Origin: a bacterium | GTDB lineage: Bacteria > Patescibacteriota > Saccharimonadia > UBA4664 | Direction: 5' to 3' | DNA length: 64,000 bases | Assembly (NCBI GenBank): GCA_016699105.1 | Contig: CP064960.1 | Span: forward strand, 328,727-392,726 | Shown here: one piece after another, positions 21,445 through 31,747 of the stretch | Layout of the letters: each line of letters begins with the position of its first letter | Numbering within the stretch: the first letter of the stretch is position 1 | Notes under the pieces: model-generated | The model's database searches: none | Told to the model about the DNA's origin: nothing | Seen by the model: the letters and a program-made list of their open reading frames with translations, nothing else | Translations under genes and position numbers: made by a program

Positions 21445-21473
21445 TTGACAATTGTAACTACTTATGCTATTAT
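21445..21473 (+). promoter_or_regulatory. consensus sigma70-type promoter for the high-GC module
   Basis: TTGACA (21445-21450), 17-nt spacer, TATTAT (21468-21473), in an AT-rich stretch ~105 nt upstream of the ATG at 21578. Confidence 0.55.
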
Positions 21474-21577
21474 GTCTGACATGCTCGTTTGGTGCTCATG
21501 AAGATTCGTCTTCCTCTGATCATTAAACCGGCGTACCCCGACATCACGCAAGTTCACACACGAACAGGAGTCCGACC

Positions 21578-22711
21578 ATGACTGCTCAGACCACCACCCA
21601 GCCCACCAACACGTCGACCGACGCCGAGGTGGCGCAGGAGGTCCAGGAGCCCACGGCGGCTCCCAAGGACTTCTTCGCTCCGCCGCTGGCGGCTCACGAG
21701 GGCCTCGCTGCTCTGGTCGACCAGCTCAACAACGTCGGCGCCGAGATGGCGCCCGAGGCGACCCAGAAGCCCGACCCGCACGCGCAGCTCAAGCTGCGTC
21801 GTGAGACGTACTGGGCCAAGCTCCGTGAGGAGCAGGGCCTGGCCGACGATGTCATGCCCGACTTCGATGCAGTGATGTTCCAGCCCGCCAAGGGCCGGGA
21901 ATCCATCCACCTGGTCGAGAAGGACATCGACGCGTTGAAGACCATGAAGCTGACCGGCAACATCGCCGGGCGGCTGAAGTGGCTGCTCGACCGCCTGCTG
22001 GTGGACGAGAGGGTCGGCAAGCCGGCCGGACCCAAGTCCGGTGCGACCAAGGCTCCGGCCAAGGCCACCAAGTTGCAGTACCCCGTCGTGCCCCCCATCT
22101 CTTCCGAGTGGGACAAGGAGCGCCGGGACTTCTACCGACAGGTGGTCCGCGCGTGGGACTGGAAGACCTGCGAGTCGTTCCAGGCCAACTTCGCCCGCCA
22201 GAAGGGTCTCCCCCAGGAGATCTGGTTCATGCTCAATTTCAAGAAGTGTGGCCAGTTCATCGAGGCGGTTCTGCGCCAGGCTCTGGTTCTCGCGCTCGTC
22301 GAGCGCGAGCGGCAGGCCGGCAAGGAGGACGAGTACCTCGCCCTTGCCGCCGGCATCGAGGGGGCTCGCGCCTCCGAGGCTGCCAAGCTGGCGGAATTGG
22401 CCGACTGCGGCCGGGTCGTCGACCCGACCAAGACGGTCAACCCTGTCCACCGAGTCGAGGTCACCGCTGACCGCACTCCGGAGGAGATCGAGCAGGAGCG
22501 CATTGCCTTCTGGTCGAGCGTGCCGCGCGAGCTCCGCGAGGAGTTCAAGGCACGCGCTGCCAAGGACTTCGCCGCCGCCATGCTGGTGGTGCGCAAGCCC
22601 AAGAAGGTGTACACCCCCGAGCGGATCCAGGAGATGGTCTCGGCCATCTCCGTCGCGGAGCGTCTGCTCCGCGTGATCCAGCGTGAGCACGCTCAGGCCG
22701 ACCAGGCCTAA
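21578..22711 (+). CDS. hypothetical protein encoded in ~68% GC DNA (foreign-type composition)
   Basis: 377 aa with an AGGAG RBS 8 nt upstream. Codon usage has a high-GC third position, unlike its neighbours. No recognisable domain. Confidence 0.6.
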   Translation: MTAQTTTQPTNTSTDAEVAQEVQEPTAAPKDFFAPPLAAHEGLAALVDQLNNVGAEMAPEATQKPDPHAQLKLRRETYWAKLREEQGLADDVMPDFDAVMFQPAKGRESIHLVEKDIDALKTMKLTGNIAGRLKWLLDRLLVDERVGKPAGPKSGATKAPAKATKLQYPVVPPISSEWDKERRDFYRQVVRAWDWKTCESFQANFARQKGLPQEIWFMLNFKKCGQFIEAVLRQALVLALVERERQAGKEDEYLALAAGIEGARASEAAKLAELADCGRVVDPTKTVNPVHRVEVTADRTPEEIEQERIAFWSSVPRELREEFKARAAKDFAAAMLVVRKPKKVYTPERIQEMVSAISVAERLLRVIQREHAQADQA

Positions 22712-22728
22712 GCGTCTCACCGCACTGC

Positions 22729-22778
22729 GGGGAGGAGTGGAAGGCTTACATGCCCCCACTCCTCCCCAACCCGATTTT
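22729..22778 (+). terminator. Rho-independent terminator
   Basis: GGGGAGGAGTGG...CCACTCCTCCCC stem then AACCCGATTTT. Confidence 0.55.
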
Positions 22779-22897
22779 AGAACTTGCGTGATGTCTCTCA
22801 CCTGAATTTTCAAAGGAAACTTTGAAGATTGAGGCGAGATTGGCAGATCCGATCTCGAGGTTCATCGAAAAATCCATCCCCGTCAGAGGAGTAACGC

Positions 22898-23185
22898 ATG
22901 ACCACGTATGTGACCGAGCGGCTCGTCAGTATCGAAGAGCGGCTCGGACGAGCCACCCGAGTGATCGGGCGACCGCAGGTCGTGGCGACGCGCGAGCAGG
23001 TGCTCGCGGATCGTGCCGTCTACATGGCGGGGCGTCCGTTGTCCAATGTCTGGTTGGCCGCCGGCCGCCAGCAGATCAGGCCGTCGGAAGCGCAGGAACA
23101 CCTGCTCACCGCTTCCGCCGGCCAGCTCGACCTCGACCAGATCGGGGAGCTGTACAAGCTCCTGGGCAAGGTGGTCCGCGGCTGA
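22898..23185 (+). CDS. small hypothetical protein encoded in high-GC DNA
   Basis: 95 aa with GAGGAG RBS. Same composition as 21578-22711. Confidence 0.5.
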   Translation: MTTYVTERLVSIEERLGRATRVIGRPQVVATREQVLADRAVYMAGRPLSNVWLAAGRQQIRPSEAQEHLLTASAGQLDLDQIGELYKLLGKVVRG

Positions 23186-23210
23186 CAGAGCCGCTGATTC
23201 ACCAACACCC

Positions 23211-23252
23211 CCGGGGAGGGGCGGTTTCGACCGCCTCTCCCCATCTTCTTTT
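23211..23252 (+). terminator. Rho-independent terminator
   Basis: GGGGAGGGGCGG-TTTCGA-CCGCCTCTCCCC then ATCTTCTTTTAT. Confidence 0.65.
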
Positions 23253-23275
23253 ATACATGTGGTACGCTTAGTACT

Positions 23276-24109
23276 ATGAAAACGCTTGCGGTTAATACTA
23301 CGAGATTGGCTGAAGAAACGTGGCGGCAGCGAGTCGATCAGACTCCAGCCCAGCCGGATGAATTTGCGCGTTTGGCGTTGGCAATCGTTGAATCAATTGA
23401 GCAACATCGTGATGAGCATGGTTTAAACGAGGCTATCAGCCAGGCTAAAGAAGATTTAGTTGATGCGTTGACCAATCAGGAACTCAAACATTTTGGCGAA
23501 GTGGTCGTGGGCGCACGACGCCAGGCCAAGTTGCAGGAATGGTTGGATGCCGACCGTGATAAATTGCACAGTGGACAGCTTGATCATCAAGAGCGGGTGA
23601 GTGTCGGCCATCAGTATGAGGCTTTGCGGCATGAAGCGTGCGAGTACAATCATCATTTGCGCAGTGTAATCGAACTTTCGGGACATCATTTTGACCGTGA
23701 GGACTTAACGAATTGGCTCGTGGACGTCAGCCAGGGCCGGCATGAATGGGCGGTAGCCGAGATCCAGGGTGCGGTCAGTGAAGTGGCGCTTCACGCAGCC
23801 CTACAAGGTGTGCCCGAACTTGCAGGTGTGCGCTATGGCAGTGTGGCCGAAGATCTAGCCGGTTATGATTTTATCGCTGAATTGAATGGTAAATTACTGA
23901 CAGTTGATGCTAAAACCGGCAAATATTGGCCGTTGGATGAACGCAAGCACGGGCACCGGCACCTGGAAGTGAGTGTGCCCCACGAGGCTGTTAATGGTTT
24001 TTGGATCAAACGACCGGCGATGGAACGACTACGCACCGAAATCCGGCAGGCCTTGCAGATACCGCATCATGTCGAACACACTTGGCGATTGACGCCAGTA
24101 CAAGCATAA
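23276..24109 (+). CDS. hypothetical protein (possible C-terminal PD-(D/E)xK-like motif)
   Basis: 277 aa at host-like GC. 'GYDFIAELNGKLLTVDAKTGKY' could be a D...DxK nuclease core, but this is weak evidence. Confidence 0.45.
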   Translation: MKTLAVNTTRLAEETWRQRVDQTPAQPDEFARLALAIVESIEQHRDEHGLNEAISQAKEDLVDALTNQELKHFGEVVVGARRQAKLQEWLDADRDKLHSGQLDHQERVSVGHQYEALRHEACEYNHHLRSVIELSGHHFDREDLTNWLVDVSQGRHEWAVAEIQGAVSEVALHAALQGVPELAGVRYGSVAEDLAGYDFIAELNGKLLTVDAKTGKYWPLDERKHGHRHLEVSVPHEAVNGFWIKRPAMERLRTEIRQALQIPHHVEHTWRLTPVQA

Positions 24110-24147
24110 TAGATTACAGAACCTTCATAACAGACTCGTGACTGAAA

Positions 24148-24717
24148 GTGGAGGTGGTTCAAGTGATATGGCCGATATTGCTGACCGGACTGACGTTTGC
24201 GCAGCTCCATGGGCTGTATGATGTCACTCGCGACGCGATCGATGACGATATCGGAATGCCCCGATTGCTGGGAAGTCACTTGCTGGCGCTCGGGATATCT
24301 CAGGAGTCGTGGCCGGATGAACTCAACAGCGCAATGGTGGTTGATACTGCCGGAAGTGAACGCAATTGGCTCCTGGAATCGGTAGCACTCGATCTCATCG
24401 TCCTACTCGAAGACATTGCCATGTGCCATCTCGGCTACAACGCCTGGTATCTGGTATCGGAATTGACTCGCTACCGTGAGCAGACTCGTGATTTCATTCA
24501 AGATTCCCGTGCTGTCAGTGTCGACCGCAAAACTGTCGAATTTGATCTGTGGCGTATCTGTTGCCGCTACGGAGGTATGGAGCGATTGAAAGTGTGGATG
24601 CCTTATACCCTGACTAGCAACCGTTCGCGCATATCATACACCATCGTTTTGCGAGAATTGGCACAGGCAATCCGCAGACTCGATCAAGCGGGCATGCCGA
24701 TATTTCGGACTTCTTAA
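24148..24717 (+). CDS. hypothetical protein
   Basis: 189-aa ORF with no recognisable motifs. Confidence 0.4.
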   Translation: MEVVQVIWPILLTGLTFAQLHGLYDVTRDAIDDDIGMPRLLGSHLLALGISQESWPDELNSAMVVDTAGSERNWLLESVALDLIVLLEDIAMCHLGYNAWYLVSELTRYREQTRDFIQDSRAVSVDRKTVEFDLWRICCRYGGMERLKVWMPYTLTSNRSRISYTIVLRELAQAIRRLDQAGMPIFRTS

Positions 24718-24756
24718 GAGAAAGGAGTGAGTTTGCGAATGGGGGGTTACCAATCG

Positions 24757-24789
24757 GGCCCGGGGCAGCGCATGAGGCCGCCCCGGGCC
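24757..24789. terminator. GC-rich palindrome, probably a terminator
   Basis: GGCCCGGGGC...GCCCCGGGCC 10-bp stem. Confidence 0.4.
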
Positions 24790-24810
24790 TCAATCATGTA
24801 GAATACACAT

Positions 24811-25839
24811 ATGAGTATGCTAGACGAAGTCGATTTTCGAGCCCGATATGATAAGGATGATTGCATTGGTTTGATCGGTCGCCAACTAGAACAGTTGGCC
24901 AGTGATTTAGTACAGCCTGTAGGGCTGGATCCGGTGCGGGTCAAACGGGTGCTCGTAGCCGGAATGGGCGGGTCAGCCTTAGCTAGTGAATTAGCTCGAG
25001 TGTTGTGGCGCGACCGACTGCCATGGCCGGTTGATATCTGTAAAGACTACGATTTACCGGCCTATGTGGACGATCAAACATTGGTAATTTGTTCAAGTTA
25101 TTCGGGTACAAGCGAAGAGACCTTGGCGGCACTAACGACTGCTCGGTCGGCAGGTGCCCAAGTGGTATGTATTACGGCCGGAGGAAAGCTGTTGGCGACG
25201 GCGCAAACTGAAAAATTGCCATTTGTGGCGCTACCAAGCGGTATTCAGGGTCGGTATGGGGTATTGTCGGGCTTGATGGCTTGGGCGGTGGTGGCGCAAG
25301 CTTTGGGCGTAAAGGGTCTGGTTGACGAGTTACAGGCAGCTGGCAGGGCAGTAGTGGAGGCGGCGGCGTCGTGGGCGCCAGAAGTACCGGCTGCAGACAA
25401 CGATGCCAAGAAATTAGCCGAAGCATTACTGGGCAAACCAATCATTTTGTATGCCGGGCCGACGATGTCCGCAATCGCCCAAAAGTGGAAAGTTGATTTC
25501 AATGAGAATGCCAAGCACACGGCTTGGTGGAATGTGTTGCCGGAGATGAATCACAATGAATTGTCAGGCTGGGGCCACCCGCGGGAGCATGGATTGAGGG
25601 TGGTAGAACTCCGCAGCGAGCTCGACCACGAGCAAGTGCGCAAGCGGTTTGAGGTAATGAACCGGCTGATAAGCGACCGGTGGGCGCCCGTGGAAGTGTA
25701 CGTAGTGGGCAAGACGGCGGCCGAGCAAACGGTGTGGGCGTTTATGCTGGGAAGTTACGTAAGTGGCTATTTGGCGATTTTGAATCAAGTAGAGATTGCG
25801 ACCTTGCCGTTAGTTGACAAGCTTAAGAGTCAACTATAA
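24811..25839 (+). CDS. bifunctional phosphoglucose/phosphomannose isomerase (SIS domain)
   Basis: Double-SIS architecture with 'VLVAGMGGSALASEL'. 342 aa is typical of archaeal-type PGI/PMI. Confidence 0.7.
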   Translation: MSMLDEVDFRARYDKDDCIGLIGRQLEQLASDLVQPVGLDPVRVKRVLVAGMGGSALASELARVLWRDRLPWPVDICKDYDLPAYVDDQTLVICSSYSGTSEETLAALTTARSAGAQVVCITAGGKLLATAQTEKLPFVALPSGIQGRYGVLSGLMAWAVVAQALGVKGLVDELQAAGRAVVEAAASWAPEVPAADNDAKKLAEALLGKPIILYAGPTMSAIAQKWKVDFNENAKHTAWWNVLPEMNHNELSGWGHPREHGLRVVELRSELDHEQVRKRFEVMNRLISDRWAPVEVYVVGKTAAEQTVWAFMLGSYVSGYLAILNQVEIATLPLVDKLKSQL

Positions 25840-25927
25840 GAAGGTGAGCAACCCCTCGCGCTTCGTTTCACTTCGTTCAAAGGCGCAGCGAGTGGGTCAC
25901 TCACCCTCTTAAAAAAGATTTAAAGAA

Positions 25928-27157
25928 TTATAAGGCCTTCAATGCTTGAATCGGCCGTTTGCGGGCTGCTTGAATGGCCGGTGCAATGCCGAAGACGATG
26001 CCGACGGCTGCCGAGACGCCAACGGCTAAGAGGATTGATTCGGGCGTAAATACTGGACTAATTTTGGCCGCATTACCGATGGCAGTGGCTAGTCCGACCG
26101 CGGTTGCAATGCCAAGCCCACCACCAAACAAGCTCAAGACGACAGCTTCAATCATAAACTGGCTCAAGACGGTAAACGATGAGGCGCCAATAGCTTTGCG
26201 CAGGCCAATTTCTCGGGTGCGCTCAGTGACCGATACGAGCATGATATTCATGATTCCAATACCGCCGACGAGCAGGCTGATGGCAGCAATTGCCACGATA
26301 AAGCTGGTGAGTAAATTGAGTACCGAATCGATGGTCGACAAGATATCTTTTTGGGTGAGGACGGTGAAATCATCTTGGCCGCCGTGAGACGTTTTAATAG
26401 CTTCGCGCATGGCGTCGGCGGTGGAGTTTACGTTGGCAGCATCATCAATTTGGGCGATGATTCTGATGATGGGAGGGGAACTACCAGTAAGAGTAGCGGC
26501 AGTCGAGATAGGCAAATAAACGGCGTTTTCTAGGCTGGGGCCGCTCGAAATGGCGCTAGCTGCGGCATCAGATGCTTGCAAGACCCCGATGACTTTGAAG
26601 TCAGATCCGCGGATTTTGATGGTAGCGCCCAGCGCTTCTTTGTCGCCAAAGAGTTCTTGTTTGGCACTGCCGCCCAGGATAGCTACGCGCTGGTTGGTGT
26701 CTTGCTCTTCGAGGAAGCGACCACCAACAAACTTGAGTGTCTGAGTCTGACCAAAAGCCGGGGTAGTGGCCAAGATGAGGCTATTTTGGGTAGTGACTGA
26801 GCCATTGGCGACTAATCCCGAAATAAAGCTCAAGGGGGCGACGGCGGAAATGTGTTTGACGTTTTTGAGGGCGTTTACGTCGGCGGGTGTGAGGGTGGAT
26901 GCACCAACACTGGAAGCGGCGCTACCGCCACTACTGGATTTACCGACGGCGATTTTACCAGAGGCTACGGCGATAGCGTTGGCATTTACAACACCGGTGA
27001 TCTGATCGCGGACGGCTTGCTTGACGCCTTCGCCGATAGCCAAAATAGCAACGACAGCAGCTACTCCGATAATAATGCCAAGCATGGTCAGGAAACTGCG
27101 CAGTTTGGCGCTGCCCAATGACACGAAGGCCATTTTGAGATTTTCCCAAAACATCAT
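25928..27157 (-). CDS. ABC transporter permease (FtsX/MacB-like)
   Basis: N-terminal TM helix, large periplasmic domain, C-terminal FtsX 4-TM bundle. Confidence 0.75.
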   Translation of the reverse strand: MMFWENLKMAFVSLGSAKLRSFLTMLGIIIGVAAVVAILAIGEGVKQAVRDQITGVVNANAIAVASGKIAVGKSSSGGSAASSVGASTLTPADVNALKNVKHISAVAPLSFISGLVANGSVTTQNSLILATTPAFGQTQTLKFVGGRFLEEQDTNQRVAILGGSAKQELFGDKEALGATIKIRGSDFKVIGVLQASDAAASAISSGPSLENAVYLPISTAATLTGSSPPIIRIIAQIDDAANVNSTADAMREAIKTSHGGQDDFTVLTQKDILSTIDSVLNLLTSFIVAIAAISLLVGGIGIMNIMLVSVTERTREIGLRKAIGASSFTVLSQFMIEAVVLSLFGGGLGIATAVGLATAIGNAAKISPVFTPESILLAVGVSAAVGIVFGIAPAIQAARKRPIQALKAL

Positions 27158-28009
27158 GAGTGGTGTCCTCCAGATAGAGTATCAATACTATGGCCGCGCG
27201 GGCGATGTGGCTTGGTGGCGGGTTTTACTGGGGCGACAGTTTCTGGTACTGTTTCAGGCTCTGGGTCGGCGGCAATCGGGTGAGCAGGCTTATTGGCGGT
27301 ATCAGACACAATCTGGCCATCGCGGACGGTAATGGTGCGGTCGGTAAGCTCGGCGATTTCGGGATTATGGGTAACGATGACAATAGTAGCACCGGTTTCC
27401 TGGTTGAGGCGGCGCAGTTCGGCAATAATTGCGGCAGACGATTTGGAATCAAGGTTGCCGGTGGGCTCATCGGCCAAAAATGAGGCTCGGTTCGTTGGCG
27501 AGTGCCCGGGCGATGGCTACCCGCTGGGTTTGGCCGCCTGAGATCTGATTGGGGCGGTAACCGGCGCGGTCTTTGATGCCGACAAGGTCAAGTAAATGCA
27601 GGGCGCGGGCTTTGCGCTGGCTTTTGGGTAGCCGGGCATACACCATGGGAAGCTCGACGTTGGCGCGCACACTCAAACGCGGTAGGAGATTAAAGCTTTG
27701 GAAAATAAAGCCAATTTTATCGCGGCGGACATTGGATAGTTTGCGGTCTGATAGACCAGCGACCTCTTGACCGTCGAGCAGGTACTGACCTTCGCTCGGG
27801 CTGTCGAGCAGGCCGATAATATTCATAAGGGTTGATTTACCAGATCCAGAAGGGCCAATGATAGCCACAAATTCACCGGGAGCAATGGTGAGCTCCACGC
27901 CGGTTAGGGCGACTGTCGGTTCGGCGCGGTCGGTAAAGGTTTTGGCGATGCCGTGCAGCTCGATGACATTGGTAGTGCTTTCAGGCATATTGGTAGAGCT
28001 ATCGATCAT
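27154..28009 (-). CDS. ABC transporter ATP-binding protein (MacB/LolD-type), apparent frameshift near 27470
   Basis: Walker A 'GPSGSGKST', signature 'ISGGQTQRVAIARAL', then Walker B 'ADEPTGNLD' in the second ORF. Confidence 0.8.
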
Positions 28010-28113
28010 GCTTATGATTGTAGCAGGTATGAGGGTAAGGGTCGAAATAGTTAGTAATAAAGGGTTCCCAGGAGGAACCGCACGATGGTGCTGTGCGGTT
28101 CCTCCCGTGGGGG

Positions 28114-28435
28114 TTAGTGCGGAAGGCGGTAGTTGGTTTGGTCTACCTGGATGTCGGCCTCAATTCTGGCTTCGGCTAGCTTCTGCCTGTAGGCTGAGTC
28201 ATCTTCGTGAATGACGGCGATTTCGCGATCGGGATCTGCAAATACTTCTTTGCCTTTGATCCAGACCGATCGACGCAGTATGACGTGCGTATTGCCTTCG
28301 TTGTCGACAAATTCTGATCGTCGCCATACGGTCTTCTTGAGCCGAGAATTTCTAACTTCCTTAAGTGCCTGGTTTACGAGGTAAACCAAGGCTCCGATCA
28401 GGACAATTAGAATGAGGATCGCTATACCTCGCATG
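28114..28435 (-). CDS. small membrane protein downstream of the SPFH gene
   Basis: 'MRGIAILILIVLIGALVYLV' TM helix. Partner of the SPFH protein. Confidence 0.45.
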
Positions 28436-28444
28436 TTCGACTCA

Positions 28445-29440
28445 TTACTTCGCCGCTGGCGCAGCCTGTGAGGGCTGCGTGATGGCAAAGCCACTGCCCG
28501 GCGCATACGTGGTGACGTTTGGCGGGATGGCCTTGAGCATGTCGATCTGCGCACAAGCCGGGCAGGTTTCATAGCCCCTCTGCTTGGCAGCGTTGGCGGT
28601 TGCTTCAGCTTCTGCTGTCGCGATCTTGGCCTGGGCCTCAGTCACGGACGCAAAGGCAGTCTGGGCGCTGGTAATGGCGTCCTGAATCTTCGGCGGCAAC
28701 GTGATCCGGGTGAGGCTGAACCTCACGTCAGTGATGAACGGTCCGCCCAACTGAGTATTGAAGTCAGCTGTCAGACGGGCGTTGATTCTGTCCTGGATCT
28801 TGGCGATCTGGATATTGGTCTGACCTGGTTTGGTCTTGGCCGTTGCATCGACAGCCTCAATTGCCTCCTTCAGACTGGAATTCTGAATGAGCGCACAAGA
28901 CGCCTGCAGATCGACACACTTGACCTCACCGATAGCCTGACGCAGTCCGCCACTGATGACGGGTCGGACGATCTGATTCAAGAATGTCTGCCAAGCCTCT
29001 TCGTCCTGCCAAGCGTATTTGTACTCAATTTCGCCGTTGGCTTTGGTGATCTTGTATGTACGGGTGCCGTACTTGTCGTCGAAACTGATGAGGGCAGCCG
29101 GATCAGTATTGAGTCCGAGATAGATAGTGCCCTCGACTCCGACCTCGACACCGTCAGACGTAGGTGTGTTTTCGATGTCAATGCCACCCTTATCGCCATT
29201 TGGCGAAATGGTGTAGAACCTCTGATTGGCAGAGTAAGGATGCATCTTGGACATCGCACCCACCCAGGTCAAACCTGAGTTTGGCTGGATGACCGTGCGC
29301 ACATCACGCGCGCTGAACGGACCGCCGTTGCGGACGACGATGACGGTTCCTGCATCTGGTTTCTCGAATGCGGTGAAGAACCCGGTGACGCCAAAGACCA
29401 ACATAAGTAGCGTCAGGATTCCAAGAACTTTGCGTCTCAT
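28445..29440 (-). CDS. SPFH/band-7 (prohibitin/HflC-like) domain protein
   Basis: N-terminal TM, SPFH core, Ala/Glu-rich coiled-coil tail. Confidence 0.65.
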   Translation of the reverse strand: MRRKVLGILTLLMLVFGVTGFFTAFEKPDAGTVIVVRNGGPFSARDVRTVIQPNSGLTWVGAMSKMHPYSANQRFYTISPNGDKGGIDIENTPTSDGVEVGVEGTIYLGLNTDPAALISFDDKYGTRTYKITKANGEIEYKYAWQDEEAWQTFLNQIVRPVISGGLRQAIGEVKCVDLQASCALIQNSSLKEAIEAVDATAKTKPGQTNIQIAKIQDRINARLTADFNTQLGGPFITDVRFSLTRITLPPKIQDAITSAQTAFASVTEAQAKIATAEAEATANAAKQRGYETCPACAQIDMLKAIPPNVTTYAPGSGFAITQPSQAAPAAK

Positions 29441-29675
29441 GAGAACTAACCTTTCATGTCGAAGAACTCGGAGATAGGCATCCCCGAACGTAATATTTAT
29501 ACATTATAAGTAGTATTAAGTCAATATAATCATCTTACTAGTGATCTAATGTAATCCAGTTGTATTTTTGATTGGCTGGAGGGCATCTATGATAGCTGGG
29601 AATTTATAAAGTTTTAGTTGGGAGAGGCTGTCGGGCGACAGCCTCTCCCAAACTTGAAGCAAGATGAAACTAGAG

Positions 29676-30737
29676 TTACCAGGGTCGTTCGGTGAGTTCG
29701 GTGGGTCGGACGTAGAATACGCCCATTCCAGATCGAAGGATCGTGTCGGGAGACCATGTAAACACCCGTCGGCGATCGCCGTCGACGGTTTCCTGGAAGC
29801 CAAAGCAGCCAGCACCGCGCTCCATTAGCCATACTACAATTTCCCGTACCGTGAGCGTATTCAGTAGCTCAGGGGGTAGGGTCATGAGGTAGGCGTTTCC
29901 ATCATCTCCATGAATGGCTCCACCTGTATAGGCGATTTCCGACATGGCTTCGCCAATACCAGGGTAGCGGGCACTGCGAGCGGCCACGCCGGGGTCGGCG
30001 TCGACACATTCGATCTCATGGTCATGCTGACTGACCATCTGGAGCTTCGGGGCATTTCTCATATCTCTCAGCACTGCCACTACATGGACGGCGGTATTGA
30101 CGTGACGAACTGCCAGTAGCCACGATTGCGTTACTAGATCGTCATTACCGTTAATGATGACTGCCAGCGGTGCATGCTTGGCGTCGAGGCAGGCTCGCAG
30201 GTACGGGTCGGCTAGGCCTAGGTCGCCGGAAACGAAGTGTACGTCTGACCAGGTGTCTGGGAAAGGATTCTCCTGAAGCTGGTCGGATGGGGCGCACACA
30301 ACAATTCGCGTATTGGCCGAACGAAGCTGCCCTACGAGCTGCTCGGTATAGCCGGGTGTATACCCAGCAATTACAAAGTGATCGGTAAGATCGAGTTGCT
30401 GTGTTCCCATTCTCATCTTCCTCCGATATTCGATAAATGCCACACCCACCTTTGTCAGGATGAGGGCAAAAATTGGTAAAGAGATGGAAGTTGTCACAAA
30501 GTACGTCAGGCGTCCACCAAATGTTTTGGGTGACAAGTCACCAAATCCGATTGTCTTGCCGGCGACGTCGTAGAAGTACCAATATGCCTTGACGAGGTCG
30601 GGATTCGCCCGCCACTCAAAAAGAGCCATGATTGGCCAGGTGAACAACATCCATCCGAAATACAGCAGAAAAAGCGTTCTCATTCGTTGGTTTAGCAGTT
30701 GGGCTGCCAACTTTCGAATCTGATCAAATAGCAGCAT
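29676..30737 (-). CDS. potassium channel with RCK/TrkA-N domain
   Basis: Two TM helices flanking the selectivity filter 'TIGFGD'. 'HFVIAGYTPG' is Rossmann-like RCK. Start at the ATG after an AAGGAG RBS. Confidence 0.7.
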   Translation of the reverse strand: MLLFDQIRKLAAQLLNQRMRTLFLLYFGWMLFTWPIMALFEWRANPDLVKAYWYFYDVAGKTIGFGDLSPKTFGGRLTYFVTTSISLPIFALILTKVGVAFIEYRRKMRMGTQQLDLTDHFVIAGYTPGYTEQLVGQLRSANTRIVVCAPSDQLQENPFPDTWSDVHFVSGDLGLADPYLRACLDAKHAPLAVIINGNDDLVTQSWLLAVRHVNTAVHVVAVLRDMRNAPKLQMVSQHDHEIECVDADPGVAARSARYPGIGEAMSEIAYTGGAIHGDDGNAYLMTLPPELLNTLTVREIVVWLMERGAGCFGFQETVDGDRRRVFTWSPDTILRSGMGVFYVRPTELTERPW

Positions 30738-30793
30738 ACGTGCTCCTTTAAAAAGAAAGCCGGCGTCCGCGCAAGGCGGACGCCGGCTGGGGG

Positions 30794-31706
30794 TCACTGC
30801 ACGATGGCAGGTACTCCCAGTTGGCTGACGATGACAGTAGCGATAGCCGAAATGGTGATGAACGAGCCGCCTAGCACGACCATGCCGGCGTAGGCGTTGT
30901 TCTCAATCAGATCGGATACGGTGCAACTCGTCAAGATGTACTTGTCGACCAGCCACCGCCCCAGGTACAGAATGACCAGTCCGGCGGCAAAGTTGAGCAG
31001 GAAGCTCTTGATATCGGGCACCCAGTCGGTGAAATCACCGGATACGGCGTAGCGCAAGGGCAGGCTGATGGCTACTAGGACGGCACCGCTTTCGATGCCG
31101 CTGCTGGCCAGACCGTCGCGGAGGCCCTGTCGCACGTTATAGCGTGTCATACCCTCATGTGCGAAGTACACCAGGATGAGTGAGACGAGCGCCAGACCGG
31201 TGAACAATAGGCTAGACTTGAAGCCGGTTTGCCAATCGGTGGCTTCTCCCTTGAGTGTTCCGCCGAGAATGAGGCCGAAACCAAGGAAGTACCCAGATTC
31301 AAGGAAGCCGACGCCCAAGTTGCCTTCAATGAGCGCTTGGTGGTTGCTGATCTTCCACAGGACCACCCAGTCGACGATCTTGCGCACGATCAGTAGCAGA
31401 GCGAAGATCCACAGACCCTCTCCGGCCATCCAGGCCAAATTGTCCCAGCCGTTGCCGTAATAGGGTTCGAGCACCCATCATGCCGATGCCTTGGGCGGCC
31501 GTGAGAGCGGTCCGCTGAGCACCATAGGCCAGATTGTGCTTGTTCACGATTTCATCGTGGTCGTCGACACGGGTGATGCGATTGATGAAGTGCCACATTG
31601 CTACCATGAAGGCGACAATGATCATAAGTGAGCCAATTGCGGTCAAGGCCTCGCCTACCGTGATATTCACGATAGCGATGTCCATGAAACTTCGCAGGGA
31701 ATCCAC
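30794..31706 (-). CDS. DUF350-family membrane protein (YjfL-like), apparent frameshift near 31470
   Basis: Repeated DUF350-like hydrophobic modules. Two collinear ORFs. Confidence 0.55.
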
Positions 31707-31747
31707 TGGTTACCCCATTCTTGATAGTGTAGTTGGTTTTTGATTGA

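Noticed and set aside
21554-22813. 419-aa ORF on the minus strand overlapping the high-GC 377-aa gene
   Set aside because: Long antisense ORFs are expected by chance in ~70% GC DNA. The plus-strand ORF has a promoter, RBS and terminator; this one has none and is Arg/Gly/Leu-rich.
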